Source: Oculina patagonica
Taxonomy: Eukaryota
DNA length: 64,000 nt
Direction: 5' to 3'
NCBI RefSeq assembly: GCF_052425735.1
Contig: NC_135760.1
Coordinates: 8,680,001-8,744,000, forward strand
Shown: positions 63,501-64,000 of the stretch, in pieces
Layout: every line of letters begins with the position of its first letter
Position numbering within the stretch: position 1 is the stretch's first letter
The notes under the pieces: model-generated
What the model was told of the DNA's origin: nothing
Seen by the model: only the letters and a program-made list of their open reading frames with translations
The model's database searches: none
Program-made: the position numbers and the translations under genes

Positions 63501-63848
63501 CATGAAAACGTTGCAAACGGAAATTTAGTTCATAGATGGTGAATCGCGAAAAATTCGTTTTGTGTTCGCAATCCATTTTAATCTCACTTAATCTTTAAAC
63601 ATCCTTGTTCCTGTTCGGCTTATTGCTAATCCTTTGATGTTTCTACGCCTTACAGAACTATTATTTTTAAAGTTTCCTCTTTTTTATCTGTCACAAAACG
63701 ATTTAAAAATTCAATGCAACTTTTCTTTAAATTATTTTGAACTGCAACGTCAGTTGTATCTTCTTTCCTTGACCTAGACCATGCGTATTGGAAGTGGAGA
63801 CGACTAAAAATACAGGCTAAAAATATTTACGTTATGTAAATATAAAGA

Positions 63849-64000
63849 GAGGCGCGGTGGCCTAATGGTTAGTACGCCGTACTCCGGATCGAGCGGTCCG
63901 GATTCGAGCCCTGGCCGGGGCGGCACTGCATGCGTTGTACTCTTGGGCAAGACACTTTACTCTTATAGTGCCTCCCTTCACCCAAGTGTATGAATAGGTT
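63849..64000 (+). mobile_element. tRNA-derived SINE, cut by the window end
   Basis: A box TGGCCTAATGG, B-box-like GATTCGAGCCC, then core cttgggcaagacactttactc..cacccaagtgtat. Confidence 0.75.

Noticed and set aside
60700-63700. AT-rich stretch with short ORFs (62594-62827, 63015-63197), possibly a decayed large transposon
   Set aside because: No termini, TSD or protein motif that I can recognise; needs a BLASTX or repeat-library search.
63849-63925. tRNA gene
   Set aside because: A and B boxes are present, but I see no complete cloverleaf and the sequence runs into a SINE core repeated elsewhere in the window.

Overview
Eukaryotic, AT-rich, intron-containing DNA packed with MITEs and SINEs; the gene and repeat content suggest a cnidarian, probably a stony coral (inference). 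Bases ~0.2-45.2 kb hold a head-to-tail array of four apparently intact 8-exon minus-strand paralogues (copies 1-4, 644-651 aa). Each encodes a type II membrane anchor, short coiled coil, furin site (RDRR), 13 basic Gly-X-Y collagen triplets, three Ig domains, one CCP/Sushi domain and a C-terminal UMOD/GP2/OIT3-type D8C/D10C domain. The stalk is conserved. The terminal domain differs between copies through replacements, in-frame loop indels and cysteine loss (10, 10, 9 and 8 Cys). This is the best candidate for an undescribed system: a diversifying, probably trimeric and sheddable recognition-protein family. Head-to-head with copy 4 lies a 14-exon plus-strand gene (45900-57531, ~342 aa) for a probably secreted six-bladed NHL-type beta-propeller that the ORF track mostly misses. 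Intact copies of its first exon were carried into the array at 15768 and 27997. Mobile DNA includes a young Ty3/Gypsy element with identical 156-bp LTRs but a gag frameshift, a Galileo/P-like foldback, Kolobok-like TTAA elements, many MITEs and tRNA-derived SINEs. Three N gaps lie in the same intron of copies 1-3, so copy number and 5'/3' pairing depend on scaffolding. All exon models were built by eye from GT-AG signals, phase continuity and paralogue comparison; there is no expression evidence.
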